Shown one piece after another: positions 16,805 to 25,608 of a stretch of 32,000 nt of DNA. A model generated the notes under the pieces. It saw only the letters and a program-made list of their open reading frames with translations. It made no database searches and had not been told where the DNA came from. Source of the stretch: Sedimentisphaera cyanobacteriorum. Its GTDB lineage: Bacteria; Planctomycetota; Phycisphaerae; Sedimentisphaerales; Sedimentisphaeraceae. The translations under genes and the position numbers were made by a program. The DNA lies in the NCBI RefSeq assembly GCF_001997385.1, contig NZ_CP019633.1, positions 1,590,001 to 1,622,000 of the forward strand. The letters are read 5' to 3'. Position 1 is the first letter of the stretch, and every line of letters starts with the position of its first letter.

Positions 16805-17998
16805 TTATATCAGCTCCATATCAGAGCTTTTTAAATGCTTGTTATTGAGCGTATCAACAATTTCTCTGAGCATATTTCTTCTAATATCCAAAGACGCCGG
16901 CAAGTTCGGGTCCTGGTGGGCTTCGTTAATCTTCGTTCCCACGATAAAATGTATGCTGTCGCTCTCGAGCAGGTATTCCACTAATTTTTCAGCGGGATTT
17001 TTTGCAGGCGGGTCAATTTCGCCTCTGCTTTTTAGCAGTTCAAGCGCCCTGCTCAACGTTACCGTACCCTCAGTAACCAGCTCTGCGCCTTCCATCTTAG
17101 AGGCCGGAGGGATATAGGGATCGGTCCAGCTGAGGTCTATCTTCACATCCCTTTTCGTCTGATTTGCGATAATCCTCGCAGTTGTTCCTCCGCAGACAAG
17201 CTTTCTTCCGCTGAACTCTTCAAACTTTGAAGCGAGCAGGCCGTCATTGCTCTGATTGTACGGAGGGCCTGTTATCACAAGCGTTCTGCGGGGATGCCTG
17301 AAAGAGATTACTGCTGCGCTTATATCGTCTTTGGCTTTATTGCCGTCGTTCTTCAGAGCCCTTTCAACAATCCTGCGGGCAAGCTTCCTCGCTGAAACAG
17401 ATTCTAACCCGCCCAGCTGAGCGGTTATATATTCCTCAGCTCCCTGAGATGTCCAGCCAAGAGGCATAGAGTCTGTTCCCATCCCGGACTGGGTAACGCC
17501 GTCGCTGCAGAAAAAAAGCTTATCACCTTTGACCGCATCAAAGCTTGTATATTTGAGCTCTCTCTGTCCTGCTGAGCCGGCATCTATCCTGTGGCTGCTT
17601 CTTTCCAGCTCAATCTTTCTGCCGTTCCTGAGAAGAAGGCAGCAGGGATTGTCATATTCAATTATCCGCACCCGCCCCTCATAACTCACATCAACTATGG
17701 TGAAAGTGGAATACCCCACTTTCCGAACGCTGCATACCGGCAGAGTGGCCATAATGATCTCTGAGGCGCGCTTGAGATCTATATCGCTCTTGATGTAGTT
17801 CATTGCCATCGTAGAGGTTAGGGTAGCAAGGACGTTGGCCTTAATCCCGCTTCCGAGCCCGTCAGCGAGTATGCAGATAGTTCTCTGGCCGTCTTCTGTC
17901 CTGCTGGAATAAAAAACATCGCCGGGAGAGCCCATACCTTCCTTGCTCTTCTGGAAAGAGCCGACCTCTACGAAGAAATCATTCTTTGTGAGCATCAT
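16805..17998 (-). CDS. PP2C/SpoIIE-family Ser/Thr phosphatase with a conserved ~160-aa C-terminal domain of unknown function
   Basis: PPM motifs SPGDVF, ILADGLGSGIKA, FFCSDGVTQSG and KDDISAAVISF. These are followed by VCGGTTARIIA, VTEGTVTLSRA and IVGTKINEAHQ. The ATG ATG start overlaps the hydS stop by 20 nt and AGGGG sits just upstream. Confidence 0.85.
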   Translation of the reverse strand: MMLTKNDFFVEVGSFQKSKEGMGSPGDVFYSSRTEDGQRTICILADGLGSGIKANVLATLTSTMAMNYIKSDIDLKRASEIIMATLPVCSVRKVGYSTFTIVDVSYEGRVRIIEYDNPCCLLLRNGRKIELERSSHRIDAGSAGQRELKYTSFDAVKGDKLFFCSDGVTQSGMGTDSMPLGWTSQGAEEYITAQLGGLESVSARKLARRIVERALKNDGNKAKDDISAAVISFRHPRRTLVITGPPYNQSNDGLLASKFEEFSGRKLVCGGTTARIIANQTKRDVKIDLSWTDPYIPPASKMEGAELVTEGTVTLSRALELLKSRGEIDPPAKNPAEKLVEYLLESDSIHFIVGTKINEAHQDPNLPASLDIRRNMLREIVDTLNNKHLKSSDMELI

Positions 17999-19739
17999 TG
18001 CCCCTTTCGCTCTCTTCGCTGCCTGTCTGGAAAGACTCTACAATAGAATTGAGAATCACCTCTGAGTCAGAAGCATTCTCCCCGAGAAGATAGGCAATCT
18101 GCTGAACAGTCTGAAGGTTTTTCTCTATAACGTTTTTCGCCTTGTTTATTATCTGCTCCTTGGCGACTGCCGGAGCGGTAATATCCTGCAGAAACGCACC
18201 TGCGAGCCTTCCCTGCTCGATAGTGAAAACGGTAATATGCAGAACGGCGTTATTGAGCTTTATGTCCTTCTCGATAACCTGCTCACGGCTCTCTATTGCC
18301 CTTCGAAACATCTCAGCGCTGGGCAGGAGTTTTTCGATTTTTGCCTTCTCCAGCCCGGGAATCTGAGCGTACAGCTCTTCGGTATCGCTTCCAAGCATAG
18401 AGGCAAAACGCCTGTTAGACTCTACCACCTCAAGCTTCTCATCCACAATCACTACCCCGCCGGGCATTGTTTTGATAAGCATATCGGCCTTCTTATGGGC
18501 GAGCTGACGCATATAGCTTACGCACATACTCTCCTCCGCCCTGCCTTCAAGAAGCGCCTCGGCAAACTGCCTGCAGGAATCATACCCGCAGCCGCTGCAG
18601 TTGAGCTCGTCCTCGGGGCGGTATTTGCCAACACGCTCAAGGGCTTCTCTTATCTTATGCTCGGGATATTTCTTTTCTTCCTTCGGGTCGGGGCTGAAGC
18701 TGGCAGTTATATCGATGCCAGGCTTTCTGGGTATATTTTCCTTTTCATATTCGCTGCCTGACAAAACATCAAGCCGTTTTAATGCGCTGCTCTTTCCGCT
18801 CTGGGCTGCCGGGCCGTTAACGCATCCGCCGTCGCAGGAGAGCAGTTCGAGGAATACAGGCTTATCGGGCTTGAAATTCTCGAGCCCTTCAAGAACCTGC
18901 ATTATATTATCCATTCCGGAGAATGTCATATAGCCTGCATCAGTAACATCGCAGTTGGCCTTGATGCCTGCTATCATCCCGCCGTCTACGGGATAGAGAC
19001 TGCCCTCTGCCGCCCTCTGCGGAACAAACGCATCCCCGGTCTTATCGGGCTCAAGAGCTGCCTGGTCAATCTCTTCATCCATAAGCCACTGCTTCAGGTC
19101 TTGGAAGGTTATCGCAACATCCAGAAGGCCTTCTGAGGTGTCCGATTCCTTCTTCTTGCCTATGCAGGGGCCTGCAAAGACGATCCCAATATCCTCCCCG
19201 TATTCCTTGCGGAGCATCTTGCAGTGCGCAAGAAGGGGCGAGAGAATGCCTGTAATGCTGCCTGCAAGCTGAGGCATATATTTAAGCACATACTCAACCA
19301 CGGTAGGACAGGCGCTTGAGATGTAAACGCCGGGGCTGCCTTCGGCGAGTATTTCCGCAGTATTTGCAGAAACTTCCTGCGCCCCGAGAGCGGTCTCTGA
19401 AACGCCCGCAAAGCCGAGCTTCTTAACCGCTGCTATGAGCTTGTCCTCGCTGCCTTCAAACTCCGCCCTCCAGCTGGGAGCTATAGACATATATACCTTT
19501 TCTCTGCTTTTCAGCAGAAGGCGTGCCCTCTGGAGGTCGTTTCGTATCTTTTTTGCGCCTGCCGGGCAGGTTCGAACGCACGTACCGCACATAATGCAGC
19601 TGTCGTTCATTATCCTTGCGTGGCCGTCCTGTATCTGTATCGATTTTACAGGGCATCGGCGCAGGCACTTGTAGCAGTCCTGGCATTCCGCTGCCTGAGT
19701 GTAAACTGGTTCCATAAAATCCATACTATACCCTTTCAA
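17979..19739 (-). CDS. hydS: Sensory-type [FeFe]-hydrogenase homologue HydS (ferredoxin domain, H-domain, 4-Cys motif, PAS)
   Basis: N-terminal CQDCYKCLRRCP and CIMCGTCVRTCP. Degenerate H-cluster motifs ISSACP (versus TSCCP), GPCIGKKKE and ELLSCDGGCVNGP. Extra cluster motif CSGCGYDSCRQFAEALLEGRAEESMC. PAS-like C-terminus (GGVVIVDEKLEVVESNRRFASMLG ... ITVFTIEQGRLAGAFLQDITAP). Confidence 0.88.
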   Translation of the reverse strand: MKGYSMDFMEPVYTQAAECQDCYKCLRRCPVKSIQIQDGHARIMNDSCIMCGTCVRTCPAGAKKIRNDLQRARLLLKSREKVYMSIAPSWRAEFEGSEDKLIAAVKKLGFAGVSETALGAQEVSANTAEILAEGSPGVYISSACPTVVEYVLKYMPQLAGSITGILSPLLAHCKMLRKEYGEDIGIVFAGPCIGKKKESDTSEGLLDVAITFQDLKQWLMDEEIDQAALEPDKTGDAFVPQRAAEGSLYPVDGGMIAGIKANCDVTDAGYMTFSGMDNIMQVLEGLENFKPDKPVFLELLSCDGGCVNGPAAQSGKSSALKRLDVLSGSEYEKENIPRKPGIDITASFSPDPKEEKKYPEHKIREALERVGKYRPEDELNCSGCGYDSCRQFAEALLEGRAEESMCVSYMRQLAHKKADMLIKTMPGGVVIVDEKLEVVESNRRFASMLGSDTEELYAQIPGLEKAKIEKLLPSAEMFRRAIESREQVIEKDIKLNNAVLHITVFTIEQGRLAGAFLQDITAPAVAKEQIINKAKNVIEKNLQTVQQIAYLLGENASDSEVILNSIVESFQTGSEESERGNDAHKE

Positions 19740-19748
19740 AGCCGCTGG

Positions 19749-20012
19749 TCAGTTTATTATGCCCTTTTCTCTCAGATGGATTCTGATAAGGTCTAAAACT
19801 GATTCTGGCTTAATATCATCATACTCTTTATCATCAATCGTAATGTGAGGGCCGCTGCTGCATTTACCCTCGCAAAGGCTCCCTGAAAGCTCAATGCTCT
19901 GTTCAAGATTGTTTTCAGAGATATACTCTTTGATGAGCTCTATGGCCTTATTATTCCCGCGTGTAAAGCAGGAGCTTCCCATACAGAGCCTTATTTTCAC
20001 TTTTCCGTTCAT
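19749..20012 (-). CDS. Small thioredoxin-like [2Fe-2S] ferredoxin
   Basis: Likely start is MNGKVKIRLCMGSSCFTRGNNK at 20012, giving an ATGA overlap with the rex stop. The ORF-track start at 20090 lies inside rex. Cys pattern C-x4-C ... C-x3-C (CMGSSC ... CEGKC), as in NuoE-type modules. 87 aa. Confidence 0.75.
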   Translation of the reverse strand: MNGKVKIRLCMGSSCFTRGNNKAIELIKEYISENNLEQSIELSGSLCEGKCSSGPHITIDDKEYDDIKPESVLDLIRIHLREKGIIN

Positions 20013-20680
20013 ACATTTGCACCGCTGAATTCCTCTGCCGATTCTTCGTTCTTCTCTCGAAGCCTGCTTGAGAGAACCGCAAGCGAACATTCAAGCTCCA
20101 CCCGCTCAACGATTATGTGCTCGGGAATATCCAGACGGACAGATGTAAAGTTCCAGATTGCCTCAATCCCAGATTCCACCATATACCCTGCCACCTGCTG
20201 AGCCCTGTTCTGCGGGACGGTAAGCACGCCTATTTTTATATGCAGCCTTTCTAACAGATCGGGGAATTTCTCAAGGCTGAAAATTTTCTTCCCGCTGATC
20301 TCTTTGCCGATTTTGTTTTTATCAACATCAAAGCCGGCAACTATATTCAGCCCCCGCTCGCGGAATCCTTCGTATCCCATAAGAGCCACCCCGAGATTGC
20401 CGCAGCCTACGAGAAAGGCATCTCTGCTGTTGTTCCAGCCGAGAAAGTCCTCAAGGTGTTTGATCAGGCCGGCAATATTAAAGCCTACTCCGGACTGCCC
20501 GGAAATGCCTGTGGCCGAGAGGTCTTTGCGAACCTGAATAGCCTCAAGATGCAATGCACGTGCTATATACGCGCTGCTGATATTTTCGTGCCCCTCTTCC
20601 AATGCCTGCCTGAGTATATGCAGATATGAGGGAAGCCTCTTGATTGTGGGCAGTGAAACTGATGAAACTTTCATAATCAT
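20009..20680 (-). CDS. rex: Redox-sensing transcriptional repressor Rex
   Basis: N-terminal winged-helix LPTIKRLPSYLHILRQ and ISSAYIARALHLEAIQVRKDLS. Rossmann motif FLVGCGNLGVALMGY. The tail region GIEAIWNFTSVRLDIP is also present. Confidence 0.92.
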   Translation of the reverse strand: MIMKVSSVSLPTIKRLPSYLHILRQALEEGHENISSAYIARALHLEAIQVRKDLSATGISGQSGVGFNIAGLIKHLEDFLGWNNSRDAFLVGCGNLGVALMGYEGFRERGLNIVAGFDVDKNKIGKEISGKKIFSLEKFPDLLERLHIKIGVLTVPQNRAQQVAGYMVESGIEAIWNFTSVRLDIPEHIIVERVELECSLAVLSSRLREKNEESAEEFSGANV

Positions 20681-20704
20681 ACATACTCTTTCAAAGATAT
20701 TTTA

Positions 20705-20725
20705 ATATCGATATTTTTTTATCGA
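20705..20725. promoter_or_regulatory. Palindromic element in the rex leader
   Basis: ATATCGATAT (20705-20714) is a perfect 10-bp palindrome. TCGATA (20708-20713), six T residues, then TATCGA (20720-20725) form a second inverted repeat. The element lies at or just downstream of the predicted transcription start. Confidence 0.3.
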
Positions 20726-20729
20726 GGGT

Positions 20730-20757
20730 ATTTTATCACACTCTAAACGAATTTCAA
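20730..20757 (-). promoter_or_regulatory. Putative sigma70-type promoter of the rex-hydS-hydCBA unit
   Basis: On the minus strand: TTGAAA (20757-20752), a 16-nt spacer ending in TG-A (extended -10 like), then TAAAAT (20735-20730). This is ~50 nt upstream of the rex ATG. Confidence 0.45.
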
Positions 20758-21423
20758 GGACTTTTTAAAATTTTATTATCATCCCAAAGTTTGCAGGTTA
20801 TTAGCAGTTAGACTTATTAGCACAAGTGTTAAATTGCCTGTAATTTTGAGCTTCTTAACTCGGACTTCTTTTGCACGCTGTCCCATCAGTAAAAAGCATA
20901 TCAGATGATCCCACGCTCTGGTCAGTTTGGTTGCAATCGCTTTGTGCAGACCAGCAGTGAGCAGTACTCTTTTGCACCGGAATATTTCCTATGGCACTAT
21001 TAAGGTTTTTGCTGTTTGGAGGATACTTCTGTTCATTAACAACTTCTGCAACTATCGTTTCTATTCTGATCTCTTTGGCTGATATAGTTTAAGAACAAGA
21101 AAATCACTTAACAGGATATTCGTCTGACCCCAATTACAACACTTAAGCCGGGGACACCGTGTCTCAACAATTCCAACGAAAGTTCGAAAATGACGATTCA
21201 GCCGACCTTGGTATTTATAGAGAGAATGCTGCAGCAGGAAAACTGAAAATCTAAGGCTTGCCCTGAACAATTTTCTTGCCTATCTTTTCATCTGCTAACC
21301 GAATATTTAATTTTATAATATCATACGCGGCTTAAAATCCTATGACAAAAGCTTCTTAACGTATAAATACCATATCAAAGCTCAAGTCTTTTCAAATACC
21401 TAAAAATTCCGGGAGTATAATAA

Positions 21424-23304
21424 TTATCTGCCCGAGATTTTTAAAGATTTAAGGGTTACATCCCTGAGATTAACAGGGCTCCACTTTCCCCTCAAAGGTC
21501 GTATTTTAAGGCGGTGTTCACCTGGATTTAATGTTATTTTATCTACAATACTAACGGTTTTAAAATTTGAATAGCTTCCAGTGGGGTTAAGCTCAGCCCG
21601 GTATTTCTTATCATCAATTTCTATGGTTATCTCAGATGCTTTATCAGTCAGAGCAACATCGGTTTTTACAGAAAATTCAGCTTTCTTTTCCACTTCAAAA
21701 GGCCATTCAATCCAAACTCTTGCATCTGTCCAGAAACCAATGTTTTTTTTGCTGTTTATCGTTTCTAATTTGGCTTTAGAGCCGTATCCCGGGTTGTGAA
21801 TATTGGCAAGCTCAGCTTTCAAAACTATCTCACCCTGAGCGTTAGCGGATGGAATAATCTTGTCTATGTCAAGCTCGCCTTTAACCTTCAAAACTGCAAC
21901 AGTATCAATTTCGTTAAGAGGCTCAGAAGGCAGCTCAACCATAACTCCATCTGAGACAGAAGCGGCTTTAAGCTTTTTCATATTTTCCAGCAGGTAAGCC
22001 TGCTGAACCTTGTTTTTAAGCCCGGGCAGGATGAGCTTTCCGTCTTCTGGCCAGTCGAAAATATGCAAATAAAGATCTGCCCCATTGATGTATGTTTTTT
22101 TAGTGCATCTTCCCCAACTCAGCTTTGCGAAAGGACTCGCCGTTGTCTCGTATATAGACCTGCTGTTTACGCTCATCCATTTGCCAATCTCTTTGAGCCT
22201 TTCAACTGATTCTTGAGGTATCTCACCCTTCGAAGTTGGGCCTACATTAAGCAGGTAATTACCGCCTTTACTTGCAATATCAACGAGGTTGCGAATGAGA
22301 TTTTTTGCTGATTTCCAGTTATGGTCATAGCTTTTAAAACCCCATGTATCGTTCATAGTCATACATGCTTCCCAGTCATAATCAAGGCCTTTTGCCGGGA
22401 TATGCTGCTCCGGCGTTTTTAAATCGCCCGGATAGCCTCCTCCAAGACGATTGTTTGTGATTATACCGGGCTGAAGACTTATAAGCGGCTGGAGCATATC
22501 AGCTCTTTCCTTGTTCATATCAACCGGTGTATCCCACCACAAAACCGCAATATCGCCGTAGTTAGTAAGTATTTCTCTAACCTGCGGGGCTGCGATATTC
22601 TTAATGTATTCATCCATGCTCCCAAGCTGGGCGGGGTCCCAATGGCCGGAATGCTCGGCAGTAAACTTGTCGATTTTTTCATGATCGGGGTTATCCCAGC
22701 CTGCTTTTGCAGGAACCCGCATTACCGCCCCTCCTTTATGGCACCAGTCCTGGGCCTGAGAATAGTAAAAGCCAAGCTTAATGCCGTGTTTTTTGCAAGC
22801 CTCAGCCAGCGGCTTTAAGAGGTCTTTGCCGTAAGGCGTTGCGTCAACCACATCCCAATCTGTAACCTTGGAATTATACAGAGCAAACCCGTCGTGGTGT
22901 TTTGAAGTGATAACAATGTATTTAATCCCTGCATTTTTTGCAAGCATAACCCATTTATCAGGGTCATAATTTACAGGGTTAAATCCTTCAGCATACTCTT
23001 TATATTCAGCAACGGGTATTTTACCGCGATTCATTATCCACTCCCCAATACCCTTAACCTTATGTCCTTTGTAAATGCCGGCAGGGACGGAATAAACGCC
23101 CCAATGAATGAACATTCCAAAGCGGGCATCTCGCCACCAGTCCATTCTTTGATTCCGCTGTTCTTTTGTTTCGTTTGCATAGGGCCAAGAAGTATCATTT
23201 GCCTCTGCTAAACTACAAAATACAGCAAAAATTAAAAAAGATAAAAGCACCTTAACTGCGACCTGATTTCTCACGATAACCTCACTATAAAATTTTAAAA
23301 ACAA
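21424..23304 (-). CDS. Secreted alpha-L-fucosidase (GH29) with a C-terminal carbohydrate-binding-like domain
   Basis: GH29 signatures WWRDARFGMFIHWGVYS and ITSKHHDGFALYNS, plus ~150 extra C-terminal residues. The ORF-track start is TTG 23304. GTG at 23274 would give a cleaner signal peptide, MRNQVAVKVLLSFLIFAVFCSLAEA. Confidence 0.88.
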   Translation of the reverse strand: MFLKFYSEVIVRNQVAVKVLLSFLIFAVFCSLAEANDTSWPYANETKEQRNQRMDWWRDARFGMFIHWGVYSVPAGIYKGHKVKGIGEWIMNRGKIPVAEYKEYAEGFNPVNYDPDKWVMLAKNAGIKYIVITSKHHDGFALYNSKVTDWDVVDATPYGKDLLKPLAEACKKHGIKLGFYYSQAQDWCHKGGAVMRVPAKAGWDNPDHEKIDKFTAEHSGHWDPAQLGSMDEYIKNIAAPQVREILTNYGDIAVLWWDTPVDMNKERADMLQPLISLQPGIITNNRLGGGYPGDLKTPEQHIPAKGLDYDWEACMTMNDTWGFKSYDHNWKSAKNLIRNLVDIASKGGNYLLNVGPTSKGEIPQESVERLKEIGKWMSVNSRSIYETTASPFAKLSWGRCTKKTYINGADLYLHIFDWPEDGKLILPGLKNKVQQAYLLENMKKLKAASVSDGVMVELPSEPLNEIDTVAVLKVKGELDIDKIIPSANAQGEIVLKAELANIHNPGYGSKAKLETINSKKNIGFWTDARVWIEWPFEVEKKAEFSVKTDVALTDKASEITIEIDDKKYRAELNPTGSYSNFKTVSIVDKITLNPGEHRLKIRPLRGKWSPVNLRDVTLKSLKISGR

Positions 23305-23365
23305 TATTCTTTAATTTCGACACAACGCACCTTCAGAACTGACAAATACACCTGCGCAACGAAAT

Positions 23366-24022
23366 CTACTTTTGAAGCTCTAACTGATAGTCAATATGCA
23401 AAGCTGTTTGCCTTGCGAGAATTTGATATCCTTTTTTAGTTAAATGCACATTACCGGGAGCGTTGAACAGCTGCTCTGGAAAAATTTTTGTCATAGCATA
23501 GAGATCGTTAATAGGAATTCCATGCTTTCTGATTACCTTTTTTGCCAATTTATTGTACTTAACTTCATCTCCTGCAATTCTTCCCGGCTCACCTTCGGGA
23601 ACAACTGTTGTGGATGCCCAAATCAGCTTTGCTCCAGTTTTTTTTAGCCTATCTACGAGTATTTCGAGATTTTTCTCATACTGCTCAAGCGAATTAGTAA
23701 TCGTGCCGTGTTTTTTGTCACGTTTATTAAGTCGATTAGACTCTGGATTGCGATAGCAAAGGTCATGGAGGCCCCAGTTAAAATGAATCAAATCCAATTT
23801 TTTATCACCCAGCCACTTTTCTATTTCCTCAAGCCCTTTGCTGGTTGGGCCTGCATTGCCTTCGTTATGTATAACATTTGCCTTACCCTGCAAGAGCTGG
23901 CGAACGTGTGGCGTGTAACCTATTGATATGGAATCACCAATTATTAACACATTCGCAAGCTTATCTTGTGATGCAGCCACAATAGAAGAAACTATCAAAA
24001 TAGCACAGAACATGCGTTTCAT
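23366..24022 (-). CDS. Secreted SGNH/GDSL-family hydrolase (esterase)
   Basis: Signal peptide MKRMFCAILIVSSIVAAS, block I VLIIGDSISIGY, block II/III NEGNAGPT and FNWGLHD, and a C-terminal GNVHLT. Confidence 0.8.
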   Translation of the reverse strand: MKRMFCAILIVSSIVAASQDKLANVLIIGDSISIGYTPHVRQLLQGKANVIHNEGNAGPTSKGLEEIEKWLGDKKLDLIHFNWGLHDLCYRNPESNRLNKRDKKHGTITNSLEQYEKNLEILVDRLKKTGAKLIWASTTVVPEGEPGRIAGDEVKYNKLAKKVIRKHGIPINDLYAMTKIFPEQLFNAPGNVHLTKKGYQILARQTALHIDYQLELQK

Positions 24023-24053
24023 TATACTTTCCTTTTCAGCTTTTTATAGAAGA

Positions 24054-25544
24054 TTATTCAAATTCAATTTCAACACTATCAATCATTGGCTTTGAGGGGT
24101 TTTCTGTTGTATCTTCAAGTTTGAATTCAAAGCAGAAACCGTAAGCTGGAGGAAGGAAGCTAATATCCATACTCGCATTCCTGCGTTCTATCCGCTTTGC
24201 AAAACCCTCGATATAGTCATAGTTTTCCTTTACTTCCTGCCACTTAGTCCAGAGTTCGGCCTCACCATCATTGTCAGTATCAGCCCCAACTCTGGCTGTT
24301 ACTTTCTCAACCCACGGTCCGGGACTCACATAATCTGTATCCATCTGCGTTACGAGATAGAACTGACCTTCCGCAAAACAAATATCCGGATCAGGATGCC
24401 CCTTTCCAATATTCCCGCACCACTGGAACTTCTTATTCAGCGAATCAGAAGTAAACCAGCAAACACTCATATCATGGCCGCCGACGGGATCAAAATCACC
24501 AAAAAGATAATACTGCTCACCAATACTAATCATCGCCCAGTCGCCGTAGGCTTCCTGTTCCGGCTTGTGGACGTTGTATTTAGCTGCATTGCTTTTCCAG
24601 TCCGGATGCTGAAGCCAGTGAGGATGCTTATACTCGCCAACTTTGCCTGTAGGCTTGGTGCGATTATCAACAGCAAAATCCAGTATCTCAAAATCAGTGA
24701 TCCCGTTTTTACTCACGGCGTGCCCTGCCAGAGGCGAATCCCACGAATGTTTAGAGGCATTTATCGGGCTCCAGTCTTCATAGATCACATGGAAACTCCC
24801 TTCTTTATCACGGAAAAACGCACAATCGGAACCGTCAGAAGGGTCTGCAAAAGCGAGCCCCATATTCTTCCCGGGTTCGCCGTCGGTGAGATCGTCATCA
24901 ATGTAAAGATGCGGGTCCTGGTCGTTTGGGTAGTCGTAATAGATGTAAGCCTTCCCGTCAGAATATTCTGCTGTTGTAACCCACCGAGAAAAATGTTTGG
25001 TAACAGGCCCGTGATGTACCCAGTTTTTCATATCCCTGCTCTGCCATGCGTGATATCCGCCAAAACCCTTTTTAAGACCGCCCGGGGCGTTGTACACATT
25101 TGGAAGCGGTGTAGTTTTCAGAGGAACATCAAAACCATCAAGAGAAGCAGCTTCCGCTTTAAAGCTGTCCTCACCTTTAATTTTAACATACTGCCCAAAC
25201 ATCCAATAGTTGTCCTGTCCAAGAATAAGCATAACAGGTGCATTATGAAAATTATCAGGGCCAAGATTTTTTACAGGCTTCCAGTTCTCCCAAACCGCTG
25301 ACTGAGATATTGTGATAGACTTAGCAGACATCTTTTTATCGAAGCGCTTCACCTTGCTTGTGTAATAACCTTTTTCAATGGACGGGCAAACTGTGTCATC
25401 TTCAAAATATATCGCGCTGTATGCCTTTCGAAGCTGCTTCCACTGCTTTTTAGTTTCTACTTTCCAACTGTCAGCTTTAACGAAATTATTAAACAGCAAA
25501 ACGAATGCCGCTAAAAATAAACTTTTATAAATTAAATATTTCAT
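24054..25544 (-). CDS. Secreted protein, possibly a beta-propeller glycoside hydrolase (GH43-like); family not established
   Basis: Signal peptide MKYLIYKSLFLAAFVLLFNNFVKA. Recurrent propeller-like patterns are present (HAWQSRDMKNWVHHGP, SDCAFFRDKEGSFHVIY, GDWAMISIGEQYYLFGD, PDICFAEGQFYLV). The assignment rests on pattern only. Confidence 0.45.
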   Translation of the reverse strand: MKYLIYKSLFLAAFVLLFNNFVKADSWKVETKKQWKQLRKAYSAIYFEDDTVCPSIEKGYYTSKVKRFDKKMSAKSITISQSAVWENWKPVKNLGPDNFHNAPVMLILGQDNYWMFGQYVKIKGEDSFKAEAASLDGFDVPLKTTPLPNVYNAPGGLKKGFGGYHAWQSRDMKNWVHHGPVTKHFSRWVTTAEYSDGKAYIYYDYPNDQDPHLYIDDDLTDGEPGKNMGLAFADPSDGSDCAFFRDKEGSFHVIYEDWSPINASKHSWDSPLAGHAVSKNGITDFEILDFAVDNRTKPTGKVGEYKHPHWLQHPDWKSNAAKYNVHKPEQEAYGDWAMISIGEQYYLFGDFDPVGGHDMSVCWFTSDSLNKKFQWCGNIGKGHPDPDICFAEGQFYLVTQMDTDYVSPGPWVEKVTARVGADTDNDGEAELWTKWQEVKENYDYIEGFAKRIERRNASMDISFLPPAYGFCFEFKLEDTTENPSKPMIDSVEIEFE

Positions 25545-25608
25545 ATTAAATCCTGTTCTATATCTCTATTAGCAATGTTAACACGTTTTCATCATCTTGG
25601 AATCAACT

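Noticed and set aside
21160-21200. A GTTCGAAA string resembling a tRNA T-loop
   Set aside because: There is no complementary acceptor or T-stem pairing around it and no anticodon-arm structure. It is not a tRNA.
21061-21270. A 69-aa - strand ORF in the 740-bp gap
   Set aside because: It has no recognisable motif. It is preceded in frame by ATG AAA AGA TAG, so it has no clean start. Its composition looks non-coding. It is kept only as part of the gap finding.
24396-25301. A 301-aa ORF on the + strand, the longest unannotated ORF in the track
   Set aside because: It lies entirely antisense to the 24054-25544 secreted GH-like gene. That gene has a signal peptide and propeller-like motifs. The antisense translation is R/K/I/V-rich low-complexity sequence with no motifs, typical of a shadow ORF.
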